A stretch of 64,000 bases of DNA from Lama guanicoe (Eukaryota). The position numbers were made by a program, and so were the translations under genes. Shown here one piece after another: positions 26,300 to 48,354 of this stretch. A model generated the notes under the pieces. The model was given only the letters and a program-made list of their open reading frames with translations. It had not been told where the DNA came from and made no database searches. Location: contig MU054466.1 in NCBI GenBank assembly GCA_013239625.1, positions 310,001-374,000 of the forward strand, given 5' to 3'. Position 1 is the stretch's first letter, and the number at the start of each line of letters is the position of its first letter.

Positions 26300-26650
26300 A
26301 GGGGCCGGCGCTCGACACGTGGTCCTGTCCCGCCCCTTCCCCAGGTGGGAGCGGAGCAATGGTGCGCGCCCGCCATTGGCCGCGCGCCGAGGGGCGGGGT
26401 CTCCAGGGGTAGGGCGGTGCGCTCCATTGGTTGGGGGCGGGGAGGCGGGGCCCGGCCCCAGAGGGGCTTGCCATTGGTCTCGAGGTTGGGGGTGAGGGGG
26501 CGTGGTTCCGCGCGCAGGGCGGGGCGGCGCTCGCCATTGGCCGCGCGCGGCGGGTGAGGCCCGCGTGACGGCGCTTGCGTGCGCGGGCGGGCGGCGGTGG
26601 CGGCGGCGGGGAGCCGGGCTCCTGTCGGGCAGCGCCGCCGCTACGGGGCC
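26300..26650 (+). promoter_or_regulatory. PCYT2: PCYT2 CpG-island promoter with four inverted CCAAT boxes
   Basis: CCATTGG with ATTGG at 26375, 26426, 26473 and 26536, interleaved with GC boxes. CACGTG near 26316. Confidence 0.8.
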
Positions 26651-32750
<6,100 letters not shown>

Positions 32751-33369
32751 CAGGAAGCAGGAGGTCACCAGGGGCCCCCCGAGCACCGGCCCTCGCCCAG
32801 CCGCATCTCGAGAGCGTGGTTCAGTTTTTAACAAAGCTGCGATGCCCTCTCCTCCGACCACTCGGCCTTGGAAGGGCTGATGTGGAGGATGCTGCCTCCC
32901 GGCCTGCCTGCACAGGGCCTGTCTCCCTGTAGGCCCTCGTGCCCTTCCTGCTAAGCGGCCAGAGAGGGTGTCTGGCACAGGAGCAGCCCGGTAGGCAGGA
33001 TGAGCAGGGGCACCTTCGGCCAGAGGGGTGCCACCCTGTGTGCCAGGGAGGCCCAGCTTCCATCTGCCCGGCTCCACAGCTGCTTCCCCGTCCTGCCCCC
33101 TGGAAGCTCCTACGGACCCTAGCCGCCCCCCCCCCACTCCTCACGGCATTCCTGCCCACTCAGCCTCTGGGGGAGCCCCAGGGGGCCCCTCCCGTCCTCC
33201 TCGGAGTGCAGAGCGTGCCCCCTCCCATATGGGCGGCCCCTGCCCCGCGGCATGTCCCTTCTGCCCCAGAGCCTGGCGCCCAGACGCCACGCCCATTGCT
33301 AGCCGGGCCAGCCTCGCTGCTGTCACAGACTGTTCTCGATTTTGTACCTGATTGGCTGGCCTGCAACTG

Positions 33370-33375
33370 AATAAA
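33370..33375 (+). terminator. PCYT2: PCYT2 poly(A) signal
   Basis: AATAAA ~620 nt after the stop, with an upstream TGTA. Confidence 0.75.
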
Positions 33376-35332
33376 CCTGCTGTGAGGTGCTCCGCGTCCG
33401 GCTCTCAGCCCTGCTGGGCGGGACCAGGGAACCCAGCACCTTGGCCCTGCTCCCCGGGGCCCATGCAGCAGGGTGGGGGCAGGAGGCATCAAGGAACCCC
33501 CAGATCTGCAGCCCCAGACACCTCGGGCTGCCTCCCACATGGCAGGCTACGGGAGAGGAAAGGAGGTGAGAGTGGGCAGAATCGCCCGGCCATGGGTCTG
33601 CCACGGAGAAGCGAAGGGCTGGCGCCTGCAGTGTGCAGGCCACCTGAGCTGGGCCCACAGCATCTCAGGGTCTCCTGCACCCAAGTCAGGGGCTTTGGCC
33701 CCCTCTTGGCAGGGTGCTGGGGAGGGTGGCAGTGGTGTGTCTGATCTCCTGGTGTTTAAAAGTAAGGGTTGTGGTGCTCTGTCAGCCTACTCCCCGTTCC
33801 GTCCAGAGTGGCTTCTGCCCTTCAGCAACTGGGCCCAGTGGGGCCGGAGTGGCCTGTGGCCTGGCGCCATGGGAACCCTGGGCCAACATTCACTCTTTCC
33901 AGAAGGTGACTGACCCTGTCTTGTCTTTTTAGTTTCCAAAGTCTGATAGAGAACCCCTTGCAGGACACTGAAGTGAGGTGGCTGTGCGTGAAGGTTCAGA
34001 CACACGGGCTGGGCAGGGACCACCCTGCTTTCCTTTCCTCCCAGGTCAGGGGCGGGCCTTCCCTTCATTCCCACCCCACCTGGCCCCCAGCTTTAGGAGT
34101 CCGGTGGTGCCAGATCTTCCCATGCACAGAACCCTGGGCTGCAGGGATCAGCCTGCCAGCTGTAGACCTAGTACGGGAAGGACACAGGCGTGGCCGGTGG
34201 GTTCCTCTCGAGACTGCGTGGCACCCCAAGACGGGCCTGGAGGACTGCCTGCAGCAGCAGACAGGAAGCCCCCGCTCGGCCATGGGTGAAGGAGACTCCA
34301 GGCCCGGGGGTTCAGGAGGTTGGCGCCCTGAATACTCGACCACCCGTGCGCAGCAGGCTTTTGGGTCCCACCCACAGCACTCAGGCAAGGGACCAGCGCT
34401 CGGGTCCCCACTTCATGTTTGTTCCCGCTGGGACCCAGCAGTCCCACAGGTCCCAGTTCATGCTCTGAAGGGAATTCAAAAGCCTGCTAAAACTTTGATG
34501 AGAAAAGGAGGTAATTAGCCTGAGTGTGGGGCGGGGGAGGCCACTCCCAGGACACGGCTTTTGCGCTCAGGGGACCCATGTCCCTGCACGGGCCCTCTAG
34601 GCAGGGCAGCACCCATGGCTTTGGGGACACTGGCTTCCCTGTGGTCAGAGGAGGGGTGAAGGAGGAGCTCCCAGGCTGGGGGCTGTGCTGTCTGCCTGAC
34701 ACCGGATTCTGGACTGCAAGCCGGGGCTGTCTGCACAGTTGTCAGTCCCTCCTGCTGCACCCAGCCTGGCCATTCGTTTGGCACAGGGTCTCACTGTCTG
34801 GTGCCAGGTGCTGTGCTGCGGCGTTTGGGAAGGCTCTGGAAAGGAGCGGCCCAGGAGCTGCCCCTCTAGTAAGGGAGGTCTTTGGCCTCAAGAGACCCAG
34901 GGTTGGGGGCAGGAGGGCCTCCTGGTGTGGGGTGTTCTGGGGAGGCTCCTATGAAGCAGGACATTTGGGCTGGCTGAGTAGATTTGACAGCTCCTGAGGG
35001 ACACAGGCACGTGTCCCAGGAGGACCCAGGAGCTGCGGGACAAGACCGGGAGAGCAGTCACAGTGGGGTTCCCAGCAGCAGGGTTTGGGGAGCATCTCGG
35101 GCCTGAGGGGCCTGTCTGTGCTCCCAGGTGGGCAGAATGGGGTCTGGAGACTCGGGTATGTGTCCACTCCCACATTCCCCGTGGCACCCACCCCTCTCAG
35201 AGGCTGCACGTCACTACTCATTAAGCTGTTTACTGCGGGGACAGGTGGGTGGTACTGGGTACCATCTCCTGCTGGGGCAGGGGCCGGGGTGCCCGCGGGA
35301 GCCAGGCCAGATCCAGGTTTCCAGGTTAGGGC

Positions 35333-35791
35333 TCAGGCACTGTGACAGTCGGCTGCGCGGAGTGACAAGAAGACGTCTGCCTCGCACTGGAAGGTGGCAC
35401 GGCCGTCGGGCAGCCGTTCGCAGCTCTGCAGGTTCGGGGTGACGTCCTCGACGCACACGGTCTAGGGGCAGGAGGGGGATGAGGGGGCGCCCAGCACTCC
35501 AGCGCCCTGCACCCCCACACCCCACACCCTCCAGTGCCCCGCACTCACGAGGCCCCGCAGCCTGGGGCGCAGCTCCCGGAAGGTGAAGGCTTGGCCTGGG
35601 GGTTTCGTGCCCAGGGGGGGCTCGGAGCGCCGTGCGTACGGTGACCTGCGGAGGCCGGACAGCAGCCCAGCGGCGCGGCCCACCGAATAGTAGCCCAGCC
35701 CCGCTGCCTGTTTGTACCACGCAAGGCCCGCAGGCGTCAGCATTAGGCACAGCGCCAGGGCAGCGACCACCAGCGTCATAGGCCGGGCCAT
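35333..35791 (-). CDS. NPB: Neuropeptide B precursor (123 aa, 2 exons)
   Basis: complement(join(35333-35461,35549-35791)). Hydrophobic signal peptide, then [32 protein letters not shown]-terminal exon [42 protein letters not shown] with 4 Cys. Confidence 0.95.
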
Positions 35792-35840
35792 GGGGACTCG
35801 GTGGCGGCGAGCAGCGGGGCGCGCAACAGCAGCACGGGCT

Positions 35841-35880
35841 CCTTATATCTGCAGCAGGGGCGGGGCGGGGCAGGGCGTGG
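35841..35880 (-). promoter_or_regulatory. NPB: NPB TATA-like box and GC boxes
   Basis: Minus-strand GATATAAGG ~50 nt upstream of the ATG, with GGGGCGGGG repeats just upstream of it. Confidence 0.65.
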
Positions 35881-37906
35881 AGGCGGGCGCTGGGGCCACC
35901 ACGCCTCCCCATCCCCATCCCAGAGGGAGAAGCCAGGGAAAAGCCGCACAGGGCTAGTGCCCTGGAGGCGCAGCAGACGGGCCCAGGGCTCGGTGGGGGT
36001 GGGATGCCCCCATCCTCTCCAGCCCGCCCATCATCTCCCCTTTTGGACCCTGCCTGCTCTTGCTGGGAGGGGCCCCAGGCTCCCCCTACTGACCTTAGTC
36101 CAACCTGAGTCAAGCCTAAGTGGGAGCAGGGGCAGCAGTGCTGAGGTGAAACCCCACAATCAGTGCCCCAGCCCTGAGTCACCCCGAGGGGTCCCCAGCT
36201 CTCATGAGGCTGGAGAACCACTGACCGCACTGTGCCCAAGGGACAGGGGACAAAGGAGCAGATCGCACCCTAAAGGGGAACTGACCACAGGAGACTAGAG
36301 TTTCTAGAGAAGGCAGGGAAGTCCTGGGGGCAGTGGCCAACTTCACACCTGTCGGAGGTTCTACCATTGGTCTGGTCCTTAGAGCCGGTGGCAGGACAGC
36401 CAGGATAGCTCGCCGGGCTGAGGGGGCGTTAGGGGAGTTGAGAATGTTTGCAAAGGTGGGTGCTGTGACCCTGTGCCTCCTTGTGGGAGGGAGAGCTGAG
36501 CTCAAGGGACCCTGAGAGGACCTTGCAGAGGGCTGGACTCCAGATGTGTGCAGGGCCCGGCAGGGCAGATGCCCGTCCAGCTCAAGAGGACCAATCAGGC
36601 CCTGGGAGGACCAGGCTGGATCCCAGCAAAGTGTGGAGAGGAGCACCCCAGAGCCCCACAGGGAAGTGGGGCCTGCCGCAAGCTGTGGCCTCCCTGCAGG
36701 GAAGTGCATGTCCCCACACGCGTGCTAAAAGCCCAGAGGCGGGGCTCAGGGGTTGGTGCCCCAGGCACATTGCTACTTCCTGACACAAGAGGAAATTTCC
36801 CAGGGAAGGCAGAACTCCAGGGAGGGGTGGTGGGCTGGGGGGCCACCAATGGGACGCTGCAGCCACCACAGCCCACCTTCCAGTGAGGACTGGTCTTCCC
36901 TGCTGGGCTGGCCTACAGGGCTCCTTGCTAACCCTGGATCTGGACACTGTACACAGAGGGCCCTAGAATACGGAGCTGCTGCCTAGAACCTAGCAGCCAA
37001 TGGGGGGCACCCAGGAGGCTGAGCCCAGGCCTGAGAGGGAGGGCACCCGGCAGGTGATGTCAGCCACAGGCTTTCCTCAGTGAGCTCTCCAAACGTCCTG
37101 GTCACCTCCCTTTCCCAGGACAGACACCAGCACAGGGACCCTGGTAGCTGGGTTTCTGGGTAGGGGGCACATGACCTCCAGGTTCTGTGAAGGTGATGGT
37201 CCCAAGGCCTCCTTTTCCCTGGGCACAATGCCTGATGGGAAGTATGCTGGCACACGGGGGACCATGCACCGCCCGGTCTTCTCCTCTGTGGACTGCAGAC
37301 AGGTGGAGGTGACTGGACAGAAGGGGTTAGGGTTAGGGTGACCCCAAGGGAGGAGGTTATCCAGAAGAGACTGGAAGGAGCCAGTGCCCAGAGACTCCCT
37401 GCAGCTCATGGGACACGCAGCCTGCAGCAGTCTCCATCCAGAAGCTGCTTGAGACTGCCGGGGTTGGAACTGTTGCCCCCGAAGGGCCACCACCCCATGG
37501 AGCTGTGGCAGAACAGAGATGCCCAAAGACCTCCCAAGAGCTGTCTTTCTCTCAGTAGGGAGGCCCTTGACACCTGCAGACACACATCCTGATGTCAAGG
37601 ACACCAGCACTGAAGAGTCAACCAGGGGACTGAGAGCCTTCCGGCAGGAGTAAACCTACCCGTGGCTGCCCACTGTGTCCAGCAAAGGTCCTACAGACCA
37701 GCCTGAAGGGTGGTCCCCAGGGCCTGGGCTGCAGGCCTCTGCTCCACTGTTCCTCCACCTCCCCCGTTGGCAGGAACATGCCCCAGGGCCTTGGCACCGC
37801 CAGGCTCTTCCAGCCCCCTGAGCTAGTCACTCCTGCCCCCTGCTCCTCTGGCTCTTTCTCTTCCAGGAGCCGTGACTCAGGGCCTCAGTGGCATTGCATC
37901 GAGATG

Positions 37907-38003
37907 TTTATTCATGAGAATTTTCATATCAACACACACACAGGCCGAATCAGCGCCAAGAAAACAAGCAGCTAGAGGCCTCCAGCCAGACTCGGGGTTT
38001 AAT
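37907..38003 (-). terminator. ANAPC11: ANAPC11 tandem poly(A) signals
   Basis: Minus-strand ATTAAA at 37998-38003 and AATAAA at 37907-37912. Confidence 0.65.
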
Positions 38004-38151
38004 GAGTTTTACTTATTGGATAAACTGTCAACGTTGTAATGAAAAAAAACACAAAGGCAACGCCAGGCCTCGTTTCACCCCATTCCAGCCCAAAGGGGGC
38101 CGTCGCAGGGAGAGGGGCCTGCGGTGGGGGGGGCGTCTGGGCAGCTGGTCC

Positions 38152-41100
38152 TCACTCCTTGAACTTCCACTCCTGGCGGCACATGGGGCAGTGCTGCTGC
38201 ACCTGCTGCGCGTTGAGCCACTTGAGGATGCAGTGCATGTGGAAGCAGTGTGAGCACTGGCCCCACACCAGCGGGCAGTCGTCACCAGGCACCTTGCCTG
38301 CGGGAGGGGCGGGGGAGTTACACAGTGAGTGACAGCCGGGAGGCCCAGGGCGCCAGCCCACTGACCCTGGGGGACGGGGACGTGAGCCCATGGCAGCCAG
38401 AGCCTCAGACATCAGGAGCGACACCAATGATGTGGCCACTCTCCCCCGCCCCCACCCCCACAGCCTCCTGCTGCTCCCACTTTCACTCTCCCCCCTCCCC
38501 AGGCAGGGCCGGGGCAGCTCGAGTGGCTCCGCGCAGGAGGAGCTCTGGCCCGGCCCACAGGCCCCACCAGCAGCCTCCCAGGGCCCTGGCCCACCTGCAC
38601 ACTGCAGCCCTGCCATCTGGCACCTGAGATGCCAGGAAGGGGACCGTGTCCATGTGCCCAGGCGACCGCAGAGGAGACACCTCTTGGTGAAGGCTAAGAG
38701 GCCTCAGGACCCCGAGGGCTCCTTTCTGAGGCAGCAGGGGTCCAGTGCAGTAGCAGGAAGCCGACTGGGAACACTGGTGCTTACGGCCCCGCCTGCCAGC
38801 AGCTGCGAGTGAGCACGGCAGGACCTCCCCTCTCTGCCCCCAGCCTGAAAGGATCCCAGCTCAAAGGCCAGGGTACCCGCTGCTGGCACCCCACCCCACA
38901 CACCTGGAAATGCTACCTACATGGAGGGGACTGGCACTGCCCATGGTCCAGAGAAGCAAGTGTCCCTCCGATTTTCAAGACTCTGGAAAGCCCTATCAAA
39001 CAGCTGGTGCCAGAAGAGTGCAACAGCCTCCCCATGCCCCAAGCCGGGCTGTGGGCACCAAGGAGCTACAGCTCGCTCTCTCAGGGGTGCTCCCCACCAC
39101 TGCCCTGGGCCTCCAGGCCCATCAAGCATGAGCCATATCCAGATGTCACTGGTGCACAAACACAGGGGGCAGGATGGACAGGCCAGGCCTGGAGGAGCAG
39201 GGGACATCTTGTCCAGGAGGTGGTTGAGTGCAAGTCTGGGACCAACCCCTGTGACCATAGGGCCAGCCTGGAGGCCTGTGTTCCTGGTCCTCACTCTAGA
39301 CACCAACCCCCCCCCCCAGGGATGCGTGATCCTGCAACATGTCACAGAGAGGACGACGCTCTCACAATCCCACGAAGCGCTGGCTCCACGCTCAACTGGG
39401 AGCTGGGAAGCCAGCCTCGAGGCCCGCCTCACGGGGGTCTGCAGCCTCCGTGTCCCTCCGCCCGGCAGACAGGAGGCCAGGGCCACACGGCTGATGCGGG
39501 AGCTGCCGCTTCTGAGGGGAGCATTTGAACCAGGTAGCTGGTGTGGGCGCTGGGTCCAAGGGTCCTTCGACAACTGAAAACATGCACCTCCTACGCAGCC
39601 CCCCGAGCAGCCCCTGCTCCGTGGCACACACACATCCCTCAGAGTCAGAGGAAAAAGGCCGCTGCCATCTGCTCGTCTGCTTGTCTGGGGTGGTGTTCCT
39701 CAATCTTAAAAAATCCTTTCTGTAACAAAAATGTCACTCCCTTTCTGAAACTTTTATGATAAAACAACCAGAAAATCATACACCTGCCATATACAAAGTT
39801 ATCTACCTCACTCCGCTTCCCAGCCCATGGGGATGGTGTGAGAGGACCCTGGGCTCACAGAGTGTGACGCCTGATTGAAACAAGCCCCCCACCGCCCACC
39901 TGCAGAGCCCTTCCAACCTCAGCAGAACTATGTTTGGAATCACCTCTAACACATGAGAGTCCCTTAAAAATGGAGGACAGAAAGGGTGGGCAGGGCCGGC
40001 GAGCCCACTGATGGGGGTCTGTGAGCCAGGCCGTCCCGTCCATTCCCACAGGGCTCGTCTGGGCGAAAGAGCCGCCTTCTCTCTAGTGACAGTGTGTGCA
40101 GGCAGCCTGTGGGGGACGTCTGATAGCACAGGCCAACCTTGGCGCTGACTCGCAGAGAAACCCAGTGTCACTTCACCTGCGCAGAAGGCACGCTGGGCTT
40201 GCCAAACACTCTGCTCCCGACAGCTGGCTCACTCTGACTCACAACTAGCAGGTCCAAAGCCCTCTTCTCGGCAACCGACACACCTGAGCCAGGCCCGCAC
40301 ACCGGGGATGCTCAGCCACGGGCCCCATCCCCCCCCGGGGCCACCTCCAACACACAGGCCCACTCCCCACATTTTGTGGCACAGCCACAAAACTGCTTTC
40401 GAGGACTTTTCAGAGGCCCAGTCTGCTGCTGAGGAAGCTGCAACTACATGCCCCTCAGGGCTCCCACTGCCTGTGATGCACCCTTAGGAAGGGCGGTTTT
40501 AAACGGATTAAACAAGACCAGGCCCAGTACTTCCTACTCTCCAGTTCACTGTAACGTGTAAAACCCCATCAAGCAGAAGCAGTCGGTGATTTCCTAAACG
40601 ACGTTGCACTGGCCTGATTACGTCACGAGGGGTTCACTCCTAGGTGGTGACGCCTCCTCTTGGCTGAAGCGCACGTGAAGATCACGCCTAGGATGACGTC
40701 TGCACTGAAATTCAATGATTTGGATTTCAGTGTGAGAAGGAAACTCTCATTATTATTCTGGTGCTCACCTGGCCCCACAAGACAGGCCTGGTCACTAATG
40801 GGGCTGCCAAGAGCTACTCAGTGGTCCCCAAGCCCCACCTCCCTCTTGGGGCCACCCTTGTGCCCTAGGCAAAGGCTCAGATCCTTTCTTCTGTGTCCTG
40901 TTCACTTGGGTCTGACTAAAAACTAAAGTCACTGATGCAAAACTCTGTTTTTGACCTAAATATGTAACCACGCACTTTCACTTTACAGCACTGGGGACAA
41001 AGGAGTAACGCAAAAGACGACAAAGAAGACACCTGACCAAACCCCACGGCAGGCATTCTACAAGACAACACTTTCTGAAAGAGTCAGACTGTCTTTTTAA

Positions 41101-41943
41101 AATGTGAGAGAAAAGTCAAAGCACAACTATTTTGGTTAAATAGCAAAGGGACAAGCAATCACACCTCAGGTTCTGGCTCACACCAACTTCTGATCAAGAG
41201 ACACTTGGGGACACTAAAGAAATCTGAACAAGGACTAGGAAAGGGGATGGGCAACAATAAAGAATTACTGTCATGTCGTCTGATGTGACAACAGTGACAG
41301 GTAAAAAGTCAGCACCACATTTAGAGACGCAGGTAAGGTGAGCGGGGTGACAGTAGCATTTACTTTATGACTAGTTTTTCTGTTTGTTTTTTGCTTTTTG
41401 TTTTCTTTTTTATGAACCCGGGACCTGCTGCATGCTAAGCACGTGCTTTACCGCTGGGCCACATCCACTCCCCTAGCATTCACTGTAAAACACTGGGGGA
41501 AACACACATGCGTGGCAAGATAATACTCAGTGTCCTTCTATGTGCTAGATGGGGGGCAACCTCAGACCACTGCGATTGTGTCTGCTTGAGAACTTTCAAA
41601 TAAGAGGCTTTGTTTTCCAGCGACGCTAATCAGGATAGGAACCTGTTCTATTTTTGTTATAAAAGTTTGGAAGAGGTCTCTATACAAATAGAAGCCCAAA
41701 TCGCCTGGCTTTTTCTAGTAACTTTTCTTGGCGAAAGGAAATCAAACCCCAGGGACGTTAATGCAGGTATTTTAGGAGACACGCCAGGGCCAGCGAGTAG
41801 GCAGAGCTCAGGAGAGCGGGCAGGGGGCACTCACAGTCCGGGCAGCAGCCGTTGAAGGCCATCCGGCAGATGCCGCAGTTCTCGTCGTTGGCCACCCAGA
41901 GCCAAGTGGCCACGCCGTTCCAGCACTTGATCTTCACCTTCAT
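38152..41943 (-). CDS. ANAPC11: Anaphase-promoting complex subunit 11, RING-H2 (84 aa)
   Basis: complement(join(38152-38297,41835-41943)) = 255 nt. MKVKIKCWNGVATWLWVANDENCGICRMAFNGCCPDCKVPGDDCPLVWGQCSHCFHMHCILKWLNAQQVQQHCPMCRQEWKFKE*. Upstream acceptor at 41955-41956. Confidence 0.97.
41368..41473 (-). mobile_element. tRNA-derived SINE (Vic-1-like), internally truncated
   Basis: Minus strand GGGGAG...GCGGTAAAGCACGTGCTTAGCATGCAGCAGGTCCCGGGTTCA plus an A-rich tail. Flanked by a near-perfect target-site duplication TAGCATT(T/C)ACT at 41354 and 41474. Confidence 0.75.
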
Positions 41944-41999
41944 GGCGCAGGAGCCTGCGGAGAGGGAAGAGACCACTGAGCTGCGCTGAGTCCGCGGGG

Positions 42000-46017
<4,018 letters not shown>

Positions 46018-46087
46018 ACAGACCAGCAGATCCGTGCATGGACCAGGACCCAGATGTCTCGTCCGTGCTCCCTGGAGGGACGGGTGA

Positions 46088-46333
46088 NNNNNNNNNNNNN
46101 NNNNNNNNNNNNNNNNNNNNNNNNNNNNNNNNNNNNNNNNNNNNNNNNNNNNNNNNNNNNNNNNNNNNNNNNNNNNNNNNNNNNNNNNNNNNNNNNNNNN
46201 NNNNNNNNNNNNNNNNNNNNNNNNNNNNNNNNNNNNNNNNNNNNNNNNNNNNNNNNNNNNNNNNNNNNNNNNNNNNNNNNNNNNNNNNNNNNNNNNNNNN
46301 NNNNNNNNNNNNNNNNNNNNNNNNNNNNNNNNN
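46088..46333. other. N gap (246 nt) over the ALYREF 3'UTR, probably hiding its poly(A) signal
   Basis: Run of n starting 70 nt after the stop. No AATAAA is visible nearby. Confidence 0.95.
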
Positions 46334-48354
46334 TTCGTCCCCATCGGAGTCCTCGTCTGGGCTGGAGCGCTGGTGTCAGTCCAGGGGGTGGGAGGGACAC
46401 GGCAGACCTGAGGAGGAAATGTGGGCAGCAGGCCTGCCGGGTGTGTGGCACCCGGCCTAGGGGTTGGAGTTAGTGCTGCGGGAGGTTGGTGGTGGCCACT
46501 CTTCCGTCTCTGTTCCGCAGACCCTAATTTGTTTCCCACCCGGTAGGGTGGGCATGGGAGGACGTGGAGCAGTGTCTTACGCCCGCAGCCGCCTGGTCAC
46601 CTGTACTTCGAGGTGTTTCTGCCACCCTGTGTTTCTGCCAGCCTTCAGATGACTGCTGACTGCTGGCTTGGGCCGTTCCTTTGTGGTCCTCAGGAACCTG
46701 GATTCAGCAGTTGTGACTTTGCAATGTAATTGTCTCATGTGTCTTGTGTCATCAGGGAAGGAGCATGGTGTCAGGGTGTCCTTTTTTTAATTCCGCACTT
46801 GGTGACGTAGCTGGTGGGAGCTGTGGCAGAATCTAATTTGACTTACAGAGAACCTCAGGGGCTGGCAGACACAGGTGCCTGCCCAGACCCCTTCTGGGAC
46901 GGTAGAGCAGGGCAGTGACGTCACCTGCCTCTACACCATGTGCCCAGCCATGCGGTCCCTGCGGTTCAGGAGGGGCGGAGACACCTTTGTGCGCCCCCTC
47001 CTAGGGCACGCTTGTCTGCTACTCGGTTCTGCCTGAAACCAGGCTGGAGAGAGGATCCTTGTTCCGGGCTCACAGGCACGTTCCAGGGCGGGACTGGGGA
47101 GGGCCGGGACGGGGCCTGTACTAAGGGGCGCCCTCAGCAGGCAAGACACACGGGGAGCTCTCGGCCTCGCCTCATCCCTAGGCAGCTGCCACTGCCTGCA
47201 GCTCGAGTGGCTTCCCGTCTTCCCTGTGTGGGAGGGGGCTGGGGTGCCTCACAAGGGATGGATGTGAGGAAGGGGTTACCGCGCTGTCACTGCAGGGCCG
47301 GCGGTTGCCGGTTGAGCTGCCCGAGGCGCGCTGGGCACCGAGTGGAAAGATGGGCCATCCCTGCCCTTGGCCAGAGGAGCTGGTCCAGCCGGAAGGGGTC
47401 GTTGTGCGCTTGGCTTTAGCAGCTGTGGTTGTGAGGAGTGGGTGTGGTTGAGGTTGCACACCTGGGCAGAGCTGGGCGGTGTCCCTGAGGAGCTGGCCTT
47501 GGGCTTGGCAGGCAGGTGCCAGGTGGGACACTGCTTTCTGGGGCGTCGGGAGAGGCAGCAGGACACCTTGCTCTGCTTGTTCGTTCCACCTGGAAGCTGA
47601 CGAGAGCATCTGACTGGGGCCTGCTGGGCCCGGGGCTGGAAGTGGTGGCACTGACGGCCCCTGGGATGGGGAGCCCTGTGGGGCGCTTGGGTCTTTGGAG
47701 GGAGTGGCTGCTGGGGTTTGGGGGCTCATGGGGCAGCATGAGGAGTGGCTGGGGGAACACGTTGAGGGATGTCGTTAGTGGAGAGCGGGTCACAGGAGGA
47801 AGCAAGCAAAGGGCAGGTGCCAGGCACCATCGTCAGGTGTCAGGGTAAGTGCTAAGGCTGTGGAGGAGAACAGAGCAGAGGGTGCCCAGGCGGAGGCAGA
47901 GACCCACGAAAGTCTTTGGGGGAAAGCTACCGACAGAAGAGCAAGCACCAAGGTCCTGAGGTGAGAACGCTGGGACAGGCCAGAGCCCCGGCGTGGCTGG
48001 GTGGACGAGGCAGAGGACCTGGGGCCTCACTGATGGCCTCTGCTGGGCCCCGAGGGAAGCCCTGTGGGGGCGTCTACCAGAGGGGCAGCCTGGTGTGGGA
48101 CAAGGGCCTGGGGCCCAGCACGTGGGGACTGACGTCAGTGAGGGACAGCCACAAACAGTGACCGAAAAGGCCGCTTGGAGTGGCTTTAGTGTTTCAGTTT
48201 CAGTGAGTGTTGAGTGTGAAATACTCTTAAGAAAACTAGCTTTTCACCTGAGAAAATAACACACCCGATCAGCATAAAGAAGCTGCCATAAACAGAACCG
48301 CCCTCCCAGCGTTGTCCAGACAGAGCCCTTGTTACTCCAGGGGTTTCAAAAAGC

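Noticed and set aside
37324-37338. Telomere-like GGG(TTAGGG)2
   Set aside because: Only two full units, compatible with chance.
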